A DNA stretch of 64,000 nt from Rickettsiales bacterium (GCA_038131165.1 JAYPOZ010000002.1:52755-116754), one strand, 5' to 3'. Numbered from the stretch's first letter, positions 1 to 10,654 are shown. Notes: generated by a model from the sequence alone, not told the origin. Made by a program: numbers and translations.

Positions 1-1
1 T

Positions 2-784
2 CTCGACCTTATGGACCGGGGCGTACCCGTCGTCGCGGCGGCGGCGGGCACGGTGCTTCGTATTCGCGACGGCGTCCGCGACGTGCATATGAAGCTCTTC
101 GGAAAGAAACTGGCCTTCCGGCGCGGTGCCGGAAATCACGTTCTGATCGACCACGGCGGCGGGTGGCGAACGCTTTACGGACACATGCGCCGCAACAGCA
201 TCGCCGTGAAACCGGGCGACCGCGTCGCCGCCGGCCACCGCATCGGATTGGTCGGAATGTCCGGCCTGACGGAATTCCCGCATTTACATTTCGAAGCCGC
301 CCATAACGGCGCGGTCGTGGACCCGTTCGCCGGCCCGGCCGCATCGGCGACGTGCGAGAAAAAAGCGGAGCCCTTGTGGACCACGGATGCGGTGGAGACG
401 CTACAGTACCGCAAGTACTTTCTGATCGCCGCGGGCTTCGCCGACGTTCCGCTCAGCCGGGAAGCGCTGCTCTACGGCCTGCACGTGCGGGACCGCCTGC
501 CGCGGAACGCCCCCAACATCGTTTTCCATGTGGATTTTGCGGGCCTGCGCACCGGCGACAGCTCGCTGTTGCGGATCATCGACCCGTCCGGCCGAGTCTT
601 TTCCGAGAGTCAGGCGGTCTCGGAGAAGGATGCCCCTGTCAGGTTCCAGTTCGTTGGCAAGAAAATCGCAAACCGCCCCGCCTGGACGCCCGGGACGTAC
701 CGCGGCGAATTCTTGCTATTCCGGGCGGAAGGTCAGCGCCGCATCGAGCTGATCCGTCACGCGGTCGAATTGCAGGTCGAATAA
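2..784 (+). CDS. M23 family metallopeptidase, 5' end cut by the window edge
   Basis: Frame is open back to base 2. M23/LytM motifs HxxxD (NHVLIDHGGGW) and PHLHFE (GMSGLTEFPHLHFEA). Extra ~140-aa C-terminal domain. Confidence 0.8.
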   Translation, partial: LDLMDRGVPVVAAAAGTVLRIRDGVRDVHMKLFGKKLAFRRGAGNHVLIDHGGGWRTLYGHMRRNSIAVKPGDRVAAGHRIGLVGMSGLTEFPHLHFEAAHNGAVVDPFAGPAASATCEKKAEPLWTTDAVETLQYRKYFLIAAGFADVPLSREALLYGLHVRDRLPRNAPNIVFHVDFAGLRTGDSSLLRIIDPSGRVFSESQAVSEKDAPVRFQFVGKKIANRPAWTPGTYRGEFLLFRAEGQRRIELIRHAVELQVE

Positions 785-804
785 GGCCGCGCTGATACGG
801 ACGC

Positions 805-2337
805 TCACGCGGTTGCGGCCAGCGCCGGTTTCTCGTCCGTGAAAATGACTTCATGCTCGCAATTCAGGCTCTTCGCGAGTGCCCGAAAGCGCCTCTCGAC
901 CACGTCGCCCACGAGAATGTCGGCATGATCCGGCAAAGTCAGGATCAGTCGGTCGCCCAGCCGCTCGACCCGCGTGGTCTCCAACAATTCGATCGCACCG
1001 CCGGTCAGCGTGTAGGCGAGGCGCATTGCCAGGCCGACCGAACGGGCCTCCAAAATCTGAGCTTCGTCCAGAAGCGTATCTATCCGCCACCGGCGCACGA
1101 CCGTATCCATTGCCGAATGGCGTGACGCAACCGTCAGCGCCAGCATTGCTCTCTCGCTGTGCTCCAATCCGACCAGCGGCATTCTCAGGATGCGGAGAAA
1201 TACCTGTTCCGCCCGATAGTCGGGATGCTCCGACCAGCCGATATCTGCCAAATTCGCCGCGGCCAGACGGAGGCTAGCCGATCGTGGTTCCTGATCGGGA
1301 AAAACCGGTGCAATCCAATCCGCCAACCGGTCGCCATCCGAGGTGGCCCTTCCCGCCCGGCCCGCGACTTCCTGAGTCATCGCGATCAACGAATCCTGCA
1401 TCCGGCGCTTCTTCGACAAGCTCTCGTAGAGACACCCTTCGCGCAGACCATAGGCGCAGAAGACCAGTCTCTTGACTTTCGTCGTTAGCAGCAGCCGTTC
1501 GAGCAATCGGGCGGCATAGGGAACCGACTCAATGCGCTGCCGGCTGACCCCATGAACCCGGCCCAAGGTGTTGCGGCTCAGATTTCCGACGAAACGGGCA
1601 AACTTCAGCGCGTCGGCGGCGTTCAAGGAATATTGGTGAATGACATGAATCGGATAACGGACTTGATCCATATGAATGCGCGCCAGCGCGCGCCAAGCGC
1701 CGCCGACCGCGTAGAACGTTTCGCCCTTCACATCGCCGAGCCAGCTCAACTGCGACAGGTGCCGGTCAATCATTTTTCCGGTCAAATCGCCGGAAGATTT
1801 CTCGGCGCCGGCGCTCCGTAAGGCGCCCAGCGGAAGGGTCGCCTTCTCTTCCAGCTTTCCGGCGCTGAACTTCACCAACTCAACGCTGCCGCCGCCAAGA
1901 TCGCCCATGATCCCTTGAGCGTCCGGAATGGCCGAGAGAACGCCGAATCCGGAAAGCTGCGCTTCCTGATTGCCGCTGAGCACTCTGACGTCGAGGCCGC
2001 ATTCCTGCGCGACACGCCGCACGAAGGCCGGCCCGTTGGTCGCTTCCCGCACCGCGGCCGTCGCGACCGCCTGCACGCGGCGCACCCCCATCGAGTCGGT
2101 CAACGCGACGAACCTCAGCAAGGCGTTGATCGCCAATTCAATGCTTTCGGCCGTCATTTCGCCGCTGGCATCGAGCCCCCGGCCCAAACCGCAGATTACC
2201 TTCTCGTTGAAAACCGGCAGCGGCGCGCGTTTCGCGCCATCGTAGACGACCAACCGGATCGAATTCGAGCCGATGTCGATGACGGCAACCGGCCCTTTGC
2301 GCCTCCCGACTTTCTTTGCGCTCAATATGCCGGGCAT
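805..2337 (-). CDS. ppx: exopolyphosphatase (Ppx/GppA family)
   Basis: VAVIDIGSNSIRLVVYDG actin-like ATPase N-terminus. I take the internal ATG at 2337 (MPGILSAKK...), 4 nt after the ppk stop; the tracked ORF extends to 2394. Confidence 0.9.
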   Translation of the reverse strand: MPGILSAKKVGRRKGPVAVIDIGSNSIRLVVYDGAKRAPLPVFNEKVICGLGRGLDASGEMTAESIELAINALLRFVALTDSMGVRRVQAVATAAVREATNGPAFVRRVAQECGLDVRVLSGNQEAQLSGFGVLSAIPDAQGIMGDLGGGSVELVKFSAGKLEEKATLPLGALRSAGAEKSSGDLTGKMIDRHLSQLSWLGDVKGETFYAVGGAWRALARIHMDQVRYPIHVIHQYSLNAADALKFARFVGNLSRNTLGRVHGVSRQRIESVPYAARLLERLLLTTKVKRLVFCAYGLREGCLYESLSKKRRMQDSLIAMTQEVAGRAGRATSDGDRLADWIAPVFPDQEPRSASLRLAAANLADIGWSEHPDYRAEQVFLRILRMPLVGLEHSERAMLALTVASRHSAMDTVVRRWRIDTLLDEAQILEARSVGLAMRLAYTLTGGAIELLETTRVERLGDRLILTLPDHADILVGDVVERRFRALAKSLNCEHEVIFTDEKPALAATA

Positions 2338-2341
2338 GCCC

Positions 2342-4528
2342 TCACGCTCGTTGTAATTCCAACGGCATAATGGGACGGCATTTTTCGAGCGCACTGCCGC
2401 GGCCGGATAGGCTGGGATTCGTCATAAAATACGTGTGCGCAGAAAAATCATTCGGTCCCGTCGATAGCCGGCGGAACGATCCATCCGGCTGCATCTCCCA
2501 ACTCTGCGCGATATCATTTCGATTGGCAACCATGACCTGCTCGACGATCTGTTTCTTGACCGTCGGATTCTCGATCGGGATGAAAGTCTCCACGCGCCGG
2601 TGCAGATTGCGCGGCATCCAATCCGCCGACGACAGGTAAACCTTGCATTCGTCGGACGGCAGTTCCCTGCCGGCGCCGAAACAGACGATCCTGCTGTGTT
2701 CGAGGAAACGTCCGATGATGCTCTTGACCCGGATATTTTCGGAGAGCCCGACCACGCCCGGCCGCAGGCAGCAAATACCGCGAATGAACAACTCGATTCG
2801 CACGCCCGCCTGGCTGGCGCGGTAAAGCGCGTCGATGATTTCGTTGTCCACGAGCGAGTTCATCTTCGCCCAGATCGTCGCCGGCCGGCCCGCCCTCGCA
2901 TGCTCGACTTCTTCCGAGATCAGACGCAGCAGCGTCGGCTTCAGCGTCGCCGGCGAAAATTCGAGCTTCTCCATCTTATCGGGCGTGGCATATCCGGTCA
3001 TATAGTTGAACAGCCGGGCGGCATCCCGTCCGAGCCCTTCGTCCGACGTAAAGAAGCTCAAATCCGTGTAAATCCGGGCGGTTATCGGGTGATAATTGCC
3101 GGTCCCGAAATGGACGTAGGTGCGCAGATCCGGCCCTTCGCGCCGCACCACGAGGGAGACCTTGGCGTGCGTTTTCAGGTCGATAAACCCATAGACGACC
3201 TGCACGCCCGCCCGCTCGAGATCGCGGGCCAGCTGAATATTCGCTTCCTCGTCGAAACGGGCCTTCAATTCGATCAGCGCGGTCACGGACTTCCCTGCCT
3301 CGGCGGCTTCGATCAGGGCCCCGACAATCGGCGAATCGTCCGACGTCCGGTAAAGCGTCTGCTTGATGGCGACGACCGCCGGATCGCGGGTTGCCTGCCG
3401 CAGGAATTGGACGACGACATCGAAGCTTTCGTAAGGGTGATGGACGACGAAATCCTTGGCGCGAATCGCGGCGAAAATATCTCCGCCATATTCTCTCACC
3501 CGCTCCGGAAAGCGCACATTCATACGCCCGTATTGCAGATCGCGCCGCTCATCGATGATGAGTTGCTTGATATCGGCAATACCGAGCATGCGACGGCGCG
3601 AAAAGACATGCGTGAATTCGCCATCGAATTCGTGCATCACGAACTTCCGGAATTCGGTCGGCATGTCGGCATCGAAATCAAGACGGATAACATGCCCCCG
3701 TCGGCGACGTTTCAACGCCGATTCGAACGTCCGGACGAGGTCCTCCGCCTCTTCGTCGATCTCGACTTCGCTGTCCCGTATGATCCGGAACATGCCCCGG
3801 CCCTCGACCTCGAAGCCGGGGAAAAGCCGCTCCAGGTTGAGGTCGATGATATCCTCCAAAGCGAAGAACCGGACTTTCCTGCCCGGAAGGCGCACAAAGC
3901 GGTCGATCTGGTTGGGGATGATGATCAACCCCTTCATTTCCTTTTCGTCCATTTCGCGCCGAAGCTGTAGGGCGAACACCAGACTGCCGTTCTGGATAAA
4001 GGGAAAGGGATGTGCCGGGTCGACGGCGAGCGGCGTTATTACCGGAAAGACCTGCTTGTCGAACCAGGATTTCGCCCACTCGACATCCTCCGCCGAGAGG
4101 TTCCTTTCGCTCACGACGTCCACGCCGTGCCTTTTGCACTCCGCCAATAACGCCGTGAGGCATCTGTCCTGGCCTTCCAGCAGTTCGGACACTTTTTCCC
4201 GGATCGCCCGCAACTGCTGCAACGGCGTCAGTCCATCCTCGCTGCGCGCGGTGATTTCGGCGGCGACCTGACCCGTCAGGCCGGCGACCCGCACCATGTA
4301 GAACTCGTCCAGGTTGCTCGCCGAAATCGACAGGAACCGGACACGCTCCATCAGTGGATTGGCCGGGTTGTTCGCTTCGGCCAGAACGCGCATGTTGAAC
4401 TGCAGCCAGGAAAGTTCCCGATTGATGAAACGATCGCTCGATTCCGGCGTGATCGGCAACACCGCTACCGGCGCCTCGTCCGGCTCGCGCTTCTTCGCAT
4501 CCCGCATCTCGACCATGTCGTGCTCCAC
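2342..4528 (-). CDS. ppk: polyphosphate kinase 1
   Basis: 728 aa. [17 protein letters not shown]-terminus, [14 protein letters not shown] His motif, ppk-ppx tandem. Confidence 0.95.
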   Translation of the reverse strand: MEHDMVEMRDAKKREPDEAPVAVLPITPESSDRFINRELSWLQFNMRVLAEANNPANPLMERVRFLSISASNLDEFYMVRVAGLTGQVAAEITARSEDGLTPLQQLRAIREKVSELLEGQDRCLTALLAECKRHGVDVVSERNLSAEDVEWAKSWFDKQVFPVITPLAVDPAHPFPFIQNGSLVFALQLRREMDEKEMKGLIIIPNQIDRFVRLPGRKVRFFALEDIIDLNLERLFPGFEVEGRGMFRIIRDSEVEIDEEAEDLVRTFESALKRRRRGHVIRLDFDADMPTEFRKFVMHEFDGEFTHVFSRRRMLGIADIKQLIIDERRDLQYGRMNVRFPERVREYGGDIFAAIRAKDFVVHHPYESFDVVVQFLRQATRDPAVVAIKQTLYRTSDDSPIVGALIEAAEAGKSVTALIELKARFDEEANIQLARDLERAGVQVVYGFIDLKTHAKVSLVVRREGPDLRTYVHFGTGNYHPITARIYTDLSFFTSDEGLGRDAARLFNYMTGYATPDKMEKLEFSPATLKPTLLRLISEEVEHARAGRPATIWAKMNSLVDNEIIDALYRASQAGVRIELFIRGICCLRPGVVGLSENIRVKSIIGRFLEHSRIVCFGAGRELPSDECKVYLSSADWMPRNLHRRVETFIPIENPTVKKQIVEQVMVANRNDIAQSWEMQPDGSFRRLSTGPNDFSAHTYFMTNPSLSGRGSALEKCRPIMPLELQRA

Positions 4529-4652
4529 ATCGTCCCGATTGCCTGGGACACTCGATAATCCAAATCCCTTCTTAACGCAGGTAACACAATACTAGCACAG
4601 AAACACTACGTCCCATCGCTAGTTGGGCGGAAAGAAGAGTTTGAGTATCCAT

Positions 4653-5162
4653 ATGGTCACGCTGTATTTGCTTCGCCACGGAAAAGCGAAATCCGCGGCA
4701 AATTTAGAAGATATCGCCCGGCCATTGGCCGAACGCGGCCACCAGGATGCGGATGCGATGGGCGCGCGCCTCGCCGGGTGCGAGACCAAACCTTCACTCG
4801 TTCTTTGCTCGACCGCGCAGCGCGCCCGGGAAACCCTGGCGGGCGTACTCCCGCATCTCGACCGCAGTTACACGATCGAGATCGAAGAAGGACTCTACAC
4901 GTTCGAACAAGAAGTTGTGCTGAAGCGGCTACAAGCGATCCCCAAAGCGCACGCCGCTGTTCTCTTTGTCGGCCATAACCCGGCACTCGAAACGCTGACC
5001 GGCAGCCTGTGCGCCGACGGCACGCCTTCCGCCATGAAACAACTGGCCATCAAATTCCCGACATGTGCGCTGGCCGAACTTCGCTTCACGACCGACGACT
5101 GGGCCTCGATCGGCCCCAAGAGCGGACGGCTCATGCAACTGGCGACACCAAATTCGGAATAA
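4653..5162 (+). CDS. histidine phosphatase family protein (SixA-like)
   Basis: MVTLYLLRHGKA (RHG catalytic motif) and VGHNP. Tracked ORF starts at TTG 4623; ATG 4653 preferred. Confidence 0.75.
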   Translation: MVTLYLLRHGKAKSAANLEDIARPLAERGHQDADAMGARLAGCETKPSLVLCSTAQRARETLAGVLPHLDRSYTIEIEEGLYTFEQEVVLKRLQAIPKAHAAVLFVGHNPALETLTGSLCADGTPSAMKQLAIKFPTCALAELRFTTDDWASIGPKSGRLMQLATPNSE

Positions 5163-5290
5163 CATTCACAACTTTACCTTACGTCCTTGCCGCCCAAGTA
5201 TCGTTTAACGCATATTGAACGGGGCTCTCCACTCAACCGGGCCAACTGTCTGGCCCGCACACTCCGAAAGATTGAGGCCGATCCGCTCAC

Positions 5291-6241
5291 ATGTTCGCTT
5301 ATATCATTCGGCGCATCGTCTATCTCATACCGGTTTTATTCGTCCTCACGGTCGTGGTCTTTTCGCTCGTCCATCTGCTGCCGGGAGACATTATCGACAC
5401 AATGATGGACGAAGAGGACGCGGAAGACATCGAGGTGCGTCTTGCTCTCACCAAGGAACTTGGGCTCGATCAACCTATCTACGTGCAATACGGCAAATGG
5501 ATATTTCGGGTATTGCAGGGCGATCTCGGAAAATCGCTGGTCACCCGGCGCGACGTAACACTGGAACTCTTCGACCGAATACCCGCAACCGCCTATCTCG
5601 CAACGGCCGGAATGATCCTATCGATTCTGATTGCGGTGCCCTTGGGTACGCTCGCGGCTCTCAAACGGAATACGATGATCGATAACGGAATTCAGATTGC
5701 GGCATTGGCCGGCATTTCAATTCCCGAGTTTTGGTTCGCCATAATGGCGATTCTGCTGTTCTCGCTGCACCTCGGCTGGCTTCCCACTTCGGGATATACC
5801 AGCCCGCTCGACAACCTTCAGGAAAGCCTCCATTTTCTGATTCTTCCGGCGCTCGCCATTGGCGTCCGGCAAGCCTCCTACACGACCCGCCTGACACGGT
5901 CGAGCATGCTGGACGAGATGCACAAGGAATACGTCGATACCGCGCGCTCGCTGGGTTTCAAAGAGTCCAAGGTGATCTATAAATACACGCTGCGAAACGC
6001 CATGATTCCGACGCTGACGATCAGCGGCTTGCAACTGGCCGACCTTCTCGGCGGGACGGTCGTTCTGGAGGCGATCTTCGCCTGGCCCGGAATCGGCCGG
6101 GTGATTTACGAGGCGATCTTGCAGCGCGATTATCCAATGATTCAATCCGGAGTCTTGATCCTCGGCGTCTTCGTCGTCCTGATCAATCTGCTGGTCGACA
6201 TTGCCTATCGTCTGCTCAACCCGCGCGTCGAGTTGACCTAG
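5291..6241 (+). CDS. ABC transporter permease, DppB/OppB (peptide/nickel) type, orphan
   Basis: MFAYIIRRIVYLIPVLFVLTVVVFSLVHLLPGD N-terminus and C-terminal DIAYRLLNPRV. No partner SBP, second permease or ATPase nearby. Confidence 0.85.
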   Translation: MFAYIIRRIVYLIPVLFVLTVVVFSLVHLLPGDIIDTMMDEEDAEDIEVRLALTKELGLDQPIYVQYGKWIFRVLQGDLGKSLVTRRDVTLELFDRIPATAYLATAGMILSILIAVPLGTLAALKRNTMIDNGIQIAALAGISIPEFWFAIMAILLFSLHLGWLPTSGYTSPLDNLQESLHFLILPALAIGVRQASYTTRLTRSSMLDEMHKEYVDTARSLGFKESKVIYKYTLRNAMIPTLTISGLQLADLLGGTVVLEAIFAWPGIGRVIYEAILQRDYPMIQSGVLILGVFVVLINLLVDIAYRLLNPRVELT

Positions 6242-6271
6242 CCATAGGCGGCGACTTCCATCCTGTGCGGA

Positions 6272-7471
6272 CTATATGACACCGCCGTCGCGAAGCGCCT
6301 GGATCGCATTTAAGTCATAGCCGAGTTCGCCCAGAACGGCATCCGTATCCGCGCCGACCAACGGCGGCGGGCAATTGGCTCCGGTCTCTTCGCCGCTGAC
6401 CTTGAACGGCGTGTTCGTATAAGGCAGCGCACGGCCATCCGCGGGCGAGCGCGTTTCCCGCAGCAACTGGCGATGGGCGAGTTGTTCGTCCTTCAGCACG
6501 TCCGGCAGACGAGAGACCGCCGCGGCAGGCACGCCCGCGGCCGCGAACCGCCGCTCCCAATTCACCGCAGAATCGCGCGCCAGTTCGTCCCGTAAGACCG
6601 CCAGGCAGTCGGCTTCGTTGGCGACGCGGGCCTCAAGTGTCGCAAAGCGCGGGTCGTCGCGCAATTCCTCCCGCCCGATCACCGCCCACACCTTGGCGGA
6701 CTGCGCTTCGATCGCCGGCATGAGCAGCAGGACGCCCTGTTTCGTCGGGTGCGTGTCGGCAATGGGATTCCCCGAGAGCGAGCGGCTCCCCATCAGGGTC
6801 GGCTCGTACCCGAACACGGTCTGCAGCAGGTTCGGCGAGACCATAGAGGCGCCCACGTCCTGCATCGACAGATCGATCTGCGCGCCTTCTCCGGTCCTCT
6901 CCCGTTTGAAGAGCGCGCCTGCAATGGCGAACGCGGCCGTAATCGATGCCGCGATATCGATCACGATCGCGCCGACGCGCATCGGCCCCGTCTCGGCCGT
7001 CCCGTTGACCGCCATCATGCCGGATGCGGCCTGAATGGTCGGGTCGTAGGCAGCGGATTGCGAGCGGGGACCGGTCTGGCCGAATCCCGTCACCGCACAG
7101 TAGATCAGTTTGGGATTCACCGACTGGAGATCGGTCCAACCGAAGCCCATCCGATCCATGGTGCCGGCTTTGAAATTCTCGACGACGACGTCCGCCCCTC
7201 TTACCAGACGGTGTACCAACTCCTTTGCTTCCGGGTGCTTGAGATCCAGCGTCATCGATCGCTTGCCGGCATTGGCACTGAGGTAAATCGCCGAGTATCC
7301 CGCATCCCGCAGTCCGTCGCCGAGCGGGTACATCTGGCGCCCCTGATCGCCGATGCCCGGTTGCTCGACCTTGATCACGTCCGCCCCCATCAGCGCGAGC
7401 TGATAGGTCGCGAACGGACCCGCGATCGCCTGGGTAAAGTCGATGACTCGAACGCCCTCGAAGGTTCGCAT
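6272..7471 (-). CDS. family III CoA-transferase (CaiB/BaiF)
   Basis: MRTFEGVRVIDFTQAIAGPFATYQLALMGADVIKVE. Internal ATG at 7471 preferred over the tracked 7543. Confidence 0.85.
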   Translation of the reverse strand: MRTFEGVRVIDFTQAIAGPFATYQLALMGADVIKVEQPGIGDQGRQMYPLGDGLRDAGYSAIYLSANAGKRSMTLDLKHPEAKELVHRLVRGADVVVENFKAGTMDRMGFGWTDLQSVNPKLIYCAVTGFGQTGPRSQSAAYDPTIQAASGMMAVNGTAETGPMRVGAIVIDIAASITAAFAIAGALFKRERTGEGAQIDLSMQDVGASMVSPNLLQTVFGYEPTLMGSRSLSGNPIADTHPTKQGVLLLMPAIEAQSAKVWAVIGREELRDDPRFATLEARVANEADCLAVLRDELARDSAVNWERRFAAAGVPAAAVSRLPDVLKDEQLAHRQLLRETRSPADGRALPYTNTPFKVSGEETGANCPPPLVGADTDAVLGELGYDLNAIQALRDGGVI

Positions 7472-7490
7472 GGCGGCAATTCTCCCGGAA

Positions 7491-8270
7491 CTAGAAAGTG
7501 CTGTTGAAAGCACCCCCGTCGAGCAACAGGTTCTGGCCGACAATGAAGCCGGACTTAGCGCTGCACAAGAACGCGCAAGCGTCGCCGAACTCTGCAGGAT
7601 CGCCCGCGCGGCCCGCTGGATTCATACTGTTCCGGAGCGCCAGCATGTCCTCGAAGGATTTGCCTGCCGCCTCTGCCTGCACGCGGATGTTGGAATGGAA
7701 CCGGTCGGTCGCGAAGGGTCCCGGAAGAATGTTATTGATGGTCACGTTATGGACCGCGGTCTTTCGGGCAATGCCGGCGCAAAACCCGGTCAAACCGGCG
7801 CGCGCGCCATTCGAAAGCCCCAAGATATCGATCGGCGATTTTACCGCCGCCGACGTGATGTTGACGATGCGACCGAACTTCCGCTCGATCATGCCGTCGA
7901 CCACGGCCTTGATCAGAAAAATCGCGGTCAGCATGTTTGCGTCGACCGCCTTGATCCAGTCGTCGCGATTCCAATCGCGGAAATCACCCGGCGGCGGGCC
8001 GCCCGCATTGTTGATGAGAATATCCGGCTCGGCACAAGCGGCGAGTACCTGCGCCTGCCCGGCTTCGGTCGTAATATCGCACGCGACCGGTGTCACCTGG
8101 ACGCCCGTCTCGTTGCGGATTTCCGCTGCCGTCGCTTCGAGTGTCTCCGCGGTACGGCTGTTAATGACGAGATCGACGCCTTCGCGCGCCAACGACAACG
8201 CGGTGGCTTTTCCAAGCCCCTTGGAGGCCGCGCATACGATCGCCTTCTTACCGGTCAGTCCCAGATCCAT
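7491..8270 (-). CDS. SDR family oxidoreductase
   Basis: GKKAIVCAASKGLGKA Rossmann motif and NITS. Start ambiguous (8270, 8279 or 8294) and overlaps the hda 3' end. Confidence 0.8.
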   Translation of the reverse strand: MDLGLTGKKAIVCAASKGLGKATALSLAREGVDLVINSRTAETLEATAAEIRNETGVQVTPVACDITTEAGQAQVLAACAEPDILINNAGGPPPGDFRDWNRDDWIKAVDANMLTAIFLIKAVVDGMIERKFGRIVNITSAAVKSPIDILGLSNGARAGLTGFCAGIARKTAVHNVTINNILPGPFATDRFHSNIRVQAEAAGKSFEDMLALRNSMNPAGRAGDPAEFGDACAFLCSAKSGFIVGQNLLLDGGAFNSTF

Positions 8271-8973
8271 TGTCCCCATTACTCCCTTGTTCAATCGAGT
8301 CGTTTTCTAATTGCTGCAATACCTCGCGCGCGAGCGGCACGGTGACACCCCGGCGTTCGGCCAGACCGACCCGGTCCAGCCCCGCGACGATGGACCGCGC
8401 GGCGTCGAAGGAGCGCTCCATACGCGCCAGCAAGTAAACTAGGACGTCTTCGCCGACCTTCAGCTGCCGGTCGTGAAAAAGCTTCACCAGCAATGCCCCG
8501 AGCAAGGCATCGTCGGGCGACTTGATCTCGACCGCCGGCGCGGCACCCAAACGCGACGACAAATCCGCGAGGGACAGCCGCCAACGGGCAGGCGGGCGGC
8601 ACCCCAAGATCAATAGCTTTCCGCCGGTCTCGGCGACGTAATTGTAAAGGTGGAGAAACGCTTCCTGCGCGACGTCCCCGTCTGCGTCGTCAATGGCGCA
8701 GCACGCGGCCTCGCCGAGCCATTCGGGCGCATCGCGTTCGCCAATCTCGGCCGCGCGTAACAGGACGGCATTCGATTTGCGCCGCCACACATGCGCCAGA
8801 TGAGTTTTCCCGCATCCCGGCGGACCGAAGACCGCTAACGCCGGCGCCGGCCAATTCGGCCATCGATCGATCCAACCGACAGCGTCGCGGTTACATTCGC
8901 TGACGAGGAAGTCCTGTTGTCCAAGCGCCGGGCGGTGCGGAAAATCGAGCGTCAGTTGCCGCGAGATGCTCAC
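8248..8973 (-). CDS. hda: DnaA-related regulatory inactivator Hda/HdaA
   Basis: LTLDFPHRPALGQQDFLVSECN, Walker A GPPGCGKTHLAHVW. GTG start overlaps the upstream gene's stop (GTGA). Confidence 0.85.
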   Translation of the reverse strand: MSISRQLTLDFPHRPALGQQDFLVSECNRDAVGWIDRWPNWPAPALAVFGPPGCGKTHLAHVWRRKSNAVLLRAAEIGERDAPEWLGEAACCAIDDADGDVAQEAFLHLYNYVAETGGKLLILGCRPPARWRLSLADLSSRLGAAPAVEIKSPDDALLGALLVKLFHDRQLKVGEDVLVYLLARMERSFDAARSIVAGLDRVGLAERRGVTVPLAREVLQQLENDSIEQGSNGDNGSGTDR

Positions 8974-10058
8974 GCCGGGTCCCGGTCAGCGGCGTCATCG
9001 CCCTTGTCTTCCACGCCGTACAACGGGCTCGCGAGATACTGCCTCAGCGCGAACCGCACCATCACCCCCATGACCGCCGCCACCGGTACCGCCAGCAAGA
9101 TACCGACGAAGCCGAACAGCGCGGCGCCCCCCATCAGAGCGAACAATATCCACACGGCGTGCAGATTGACCCTGTCACCCACAAGTTTTGGGGTCAGGAA
9201 ATTTCCCTCGATCACCTGCCCGACCAGAAAGACCGCCACAACGAGGCCGATATCGACAGGGTTATCGAAATTGGCAATCGCCAATCCGAGCCCGACGGCG
9301 AAACCGGACAGCATGCCGACATAAGGAATAAAGGAGATCAGACCGGTCGCAAGGCCCACCACCGCACCGAATGGAAGGCTCAACGCCGTAAGACCAACGG
9401 CATAGAACACGCCGAGCAGGAGGCAGACGCTAAATTGACCTCTCAGGAATCCCGCCAGAGTCTCATCGATGAGCCTGAATTGTTCTCGAATCGTGTCCGC
9501 GTGAGCCCGTGGCAGCCAGCCATCGACAGCCTGCACCAAGCGGTCCCAATCGCGCAGAAGATAAAAGGCGACCACGGGTGTTACGATCATCAATGCGACC
9601 AAGTTCGCCGCCGCGCCGATGCCGCTCACGACACGCGAGCCCACCCGGCCGAGCATCTTGGCCGCGCTGCCCAGCGAGTCCTTCAGGACTTCATGCAGAT
9701 TTCCGGCACCGCTCGCCTTCAAGTCCGCAATGCTTTCAAGCAGCGGTCGCGCCTTCGTCTCGATCCGCGCCACCAGGTCGGGAAGCTGCGCCGCGAATTG
9801 AAGGATTTGTTTATAGAGAATCGGCAAGAGCAGGGCGAGAGCGAGAAAAACGATTAGGAAGAACCCGGCTGTCACCAGCGAGGTCGCAAGAGCGCGCGAG
9901 CAGCCCACCTTCTCCAACCGGTCGCAAATTGGGTCGAGAAGATAAGCCACCGCCAAACCCACGAGGAATGGCAGCAAGATCGATTCGAACAGCAGGACAA
10001 ACGCGACAAATGCGGCAAATGCAGCGAGCCAGGACAAGGTGCGCTGTTGCGTCGTCAT
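8970..10058 (-). CDS. AI-2E family transporter (PerM/UPF0118)
   Basis: 362-aa polytopic protein with typical PerM-like TM pattern and FIPYVG motif. Sits in the conserved alphaproteobacterial position next to hda. Confidence 0.8.
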   Translation of the reverse strand: MTTQQRTLSWLAAFAAFVAFVLLFESILLPFLVGLAVAYLLDPICDRLEKVGCSRALATSLVTAGFFLIVFLALALLLPILYKQILQFAAQLPDLVARIETKARPLLESIADLKASGAGNLHEVLKDSLGSAAKMLGRVGSRVVSGIGAAANLVALMIVTPVVAFYLLRDWDRLVQAVDGWLPRAHADTIREQFRLIDETLAGFLRGQFSVCLLLGVFYAVGLTALSLPFGAVVGLATGLISFIPYVGMLSGFAVGLGLAIANFDNPVDIGLVVAVFLVGQVIEGNFLTPKLVGDRVNLHAVWILFALMGGAALFGFVGILLAVPVAAVMGVMVRFALRQYLASPLYGVEDKGDDAADRDPA

Positions 10059-10633
10059 TTGCTATCCGCCCTTACCAATTGCACCTCGGGAACAGCCTCA
10101 AGGCCTTGTAACCAACGTAAAAGATAAAGAGTCCCGGAGACGATGGTCGTAAACGCGACGAGGTAAATGAGCGCGCCCGCCAACTGCGGCAAATCGAGCC
10201 CGATCCCAGGTTGTCCCAGCACCAGACCGATCAGGAATAGCTGCAGGACAGTGTTGAGCTTGCTCACCAGGATCGGCTCCACCTTCAGATCCAGCGCCAG
10301 CAAACGCGACAGGACGACACCATTGACGATCAGCAGATCACGGAGGATGACCAGCGCCACGATCCAACCGGGCAGCAGGCCCGAATACGTCAAACTCAGG
10401 CAGACGGCGACCAGCAGCGACTTATCGGCAATCGGATCCAAGTAGGTACCGAGACGCGTCACCGCATTTAACCGCTTGGCCAGGAATCCGTCGATGCCAT
10501 CGCTCAATCCCGCCGCAACAACCAACCAGAACGCAGCGCTCCAGGCGCTCTCGAAAATGAGCACGACGACTACCGGCACCGCAATCAGGCGCAAGCCGGT
10601 CACAAGGTTTGGCAACACACAGAGAAGGCTCAT
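10055..10633 (-). CDS. CDP-alcohol phosphatidyltransferase family protein
   Basis: Signature DGIDGFLAKRLNAVTRLGTYLDPIADK, i.e. D(x2)DG(x2)AR...G(x3)D(x3)D. ATGA overlap with the downstream gene. Confidence 0.85.
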   Translation of the reverse strand: MSLLCVLPNLVTGLRLIAVPVVVVLIFESAWSAAFWLVVAAGLSDGIDGFLAKRLNAVTRLGTYLDPIADKSLLVAVCLSLTYSGLLPGWIVALVILRDLLIVNGVVLSRLLALDLKVEPILVSKLNTVLQLFLIGLVLGQPGIGLDLPQLAGALIYLVAFTTIVSGTLYLLRWLQGLEAVPEVQLVRADSK

Positions 10634-10654
10634 TTCTTGCGTCCGAAACCCCGC

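Noticed and set aside
2600-3970. 456-aa ORF antisense to ppk. Similar long antisense or off-frame ORFs occur at 14543..15874, 23956..25644, 36511..37740, 47040..48032, 48706..50235, 52002..53672 and 59493..61274.
   Set aside because: All lie opposite or out of frame with genes carrying unmistakable family motifs. Their translations are Arg/Gly/Pro/Ala-rich and low in complexity, as expected for shadow ORFs in GC-rich DNA.
4529-4652. Looked for Pho boxes in the ppk/sixA-like divergent region, and for CtrA boxes (TTAA-N7-TTAAC) or DnaA boxes near gcrA, dnaB and hda.
   Set aside because: No full match found by eye. There are only partial resemblances, for example TTAACGCAGGTAAC at about 4567 (just upstream of the sixA-like gene) and AATCCACAG at about 42410 (upstream of dnaB).
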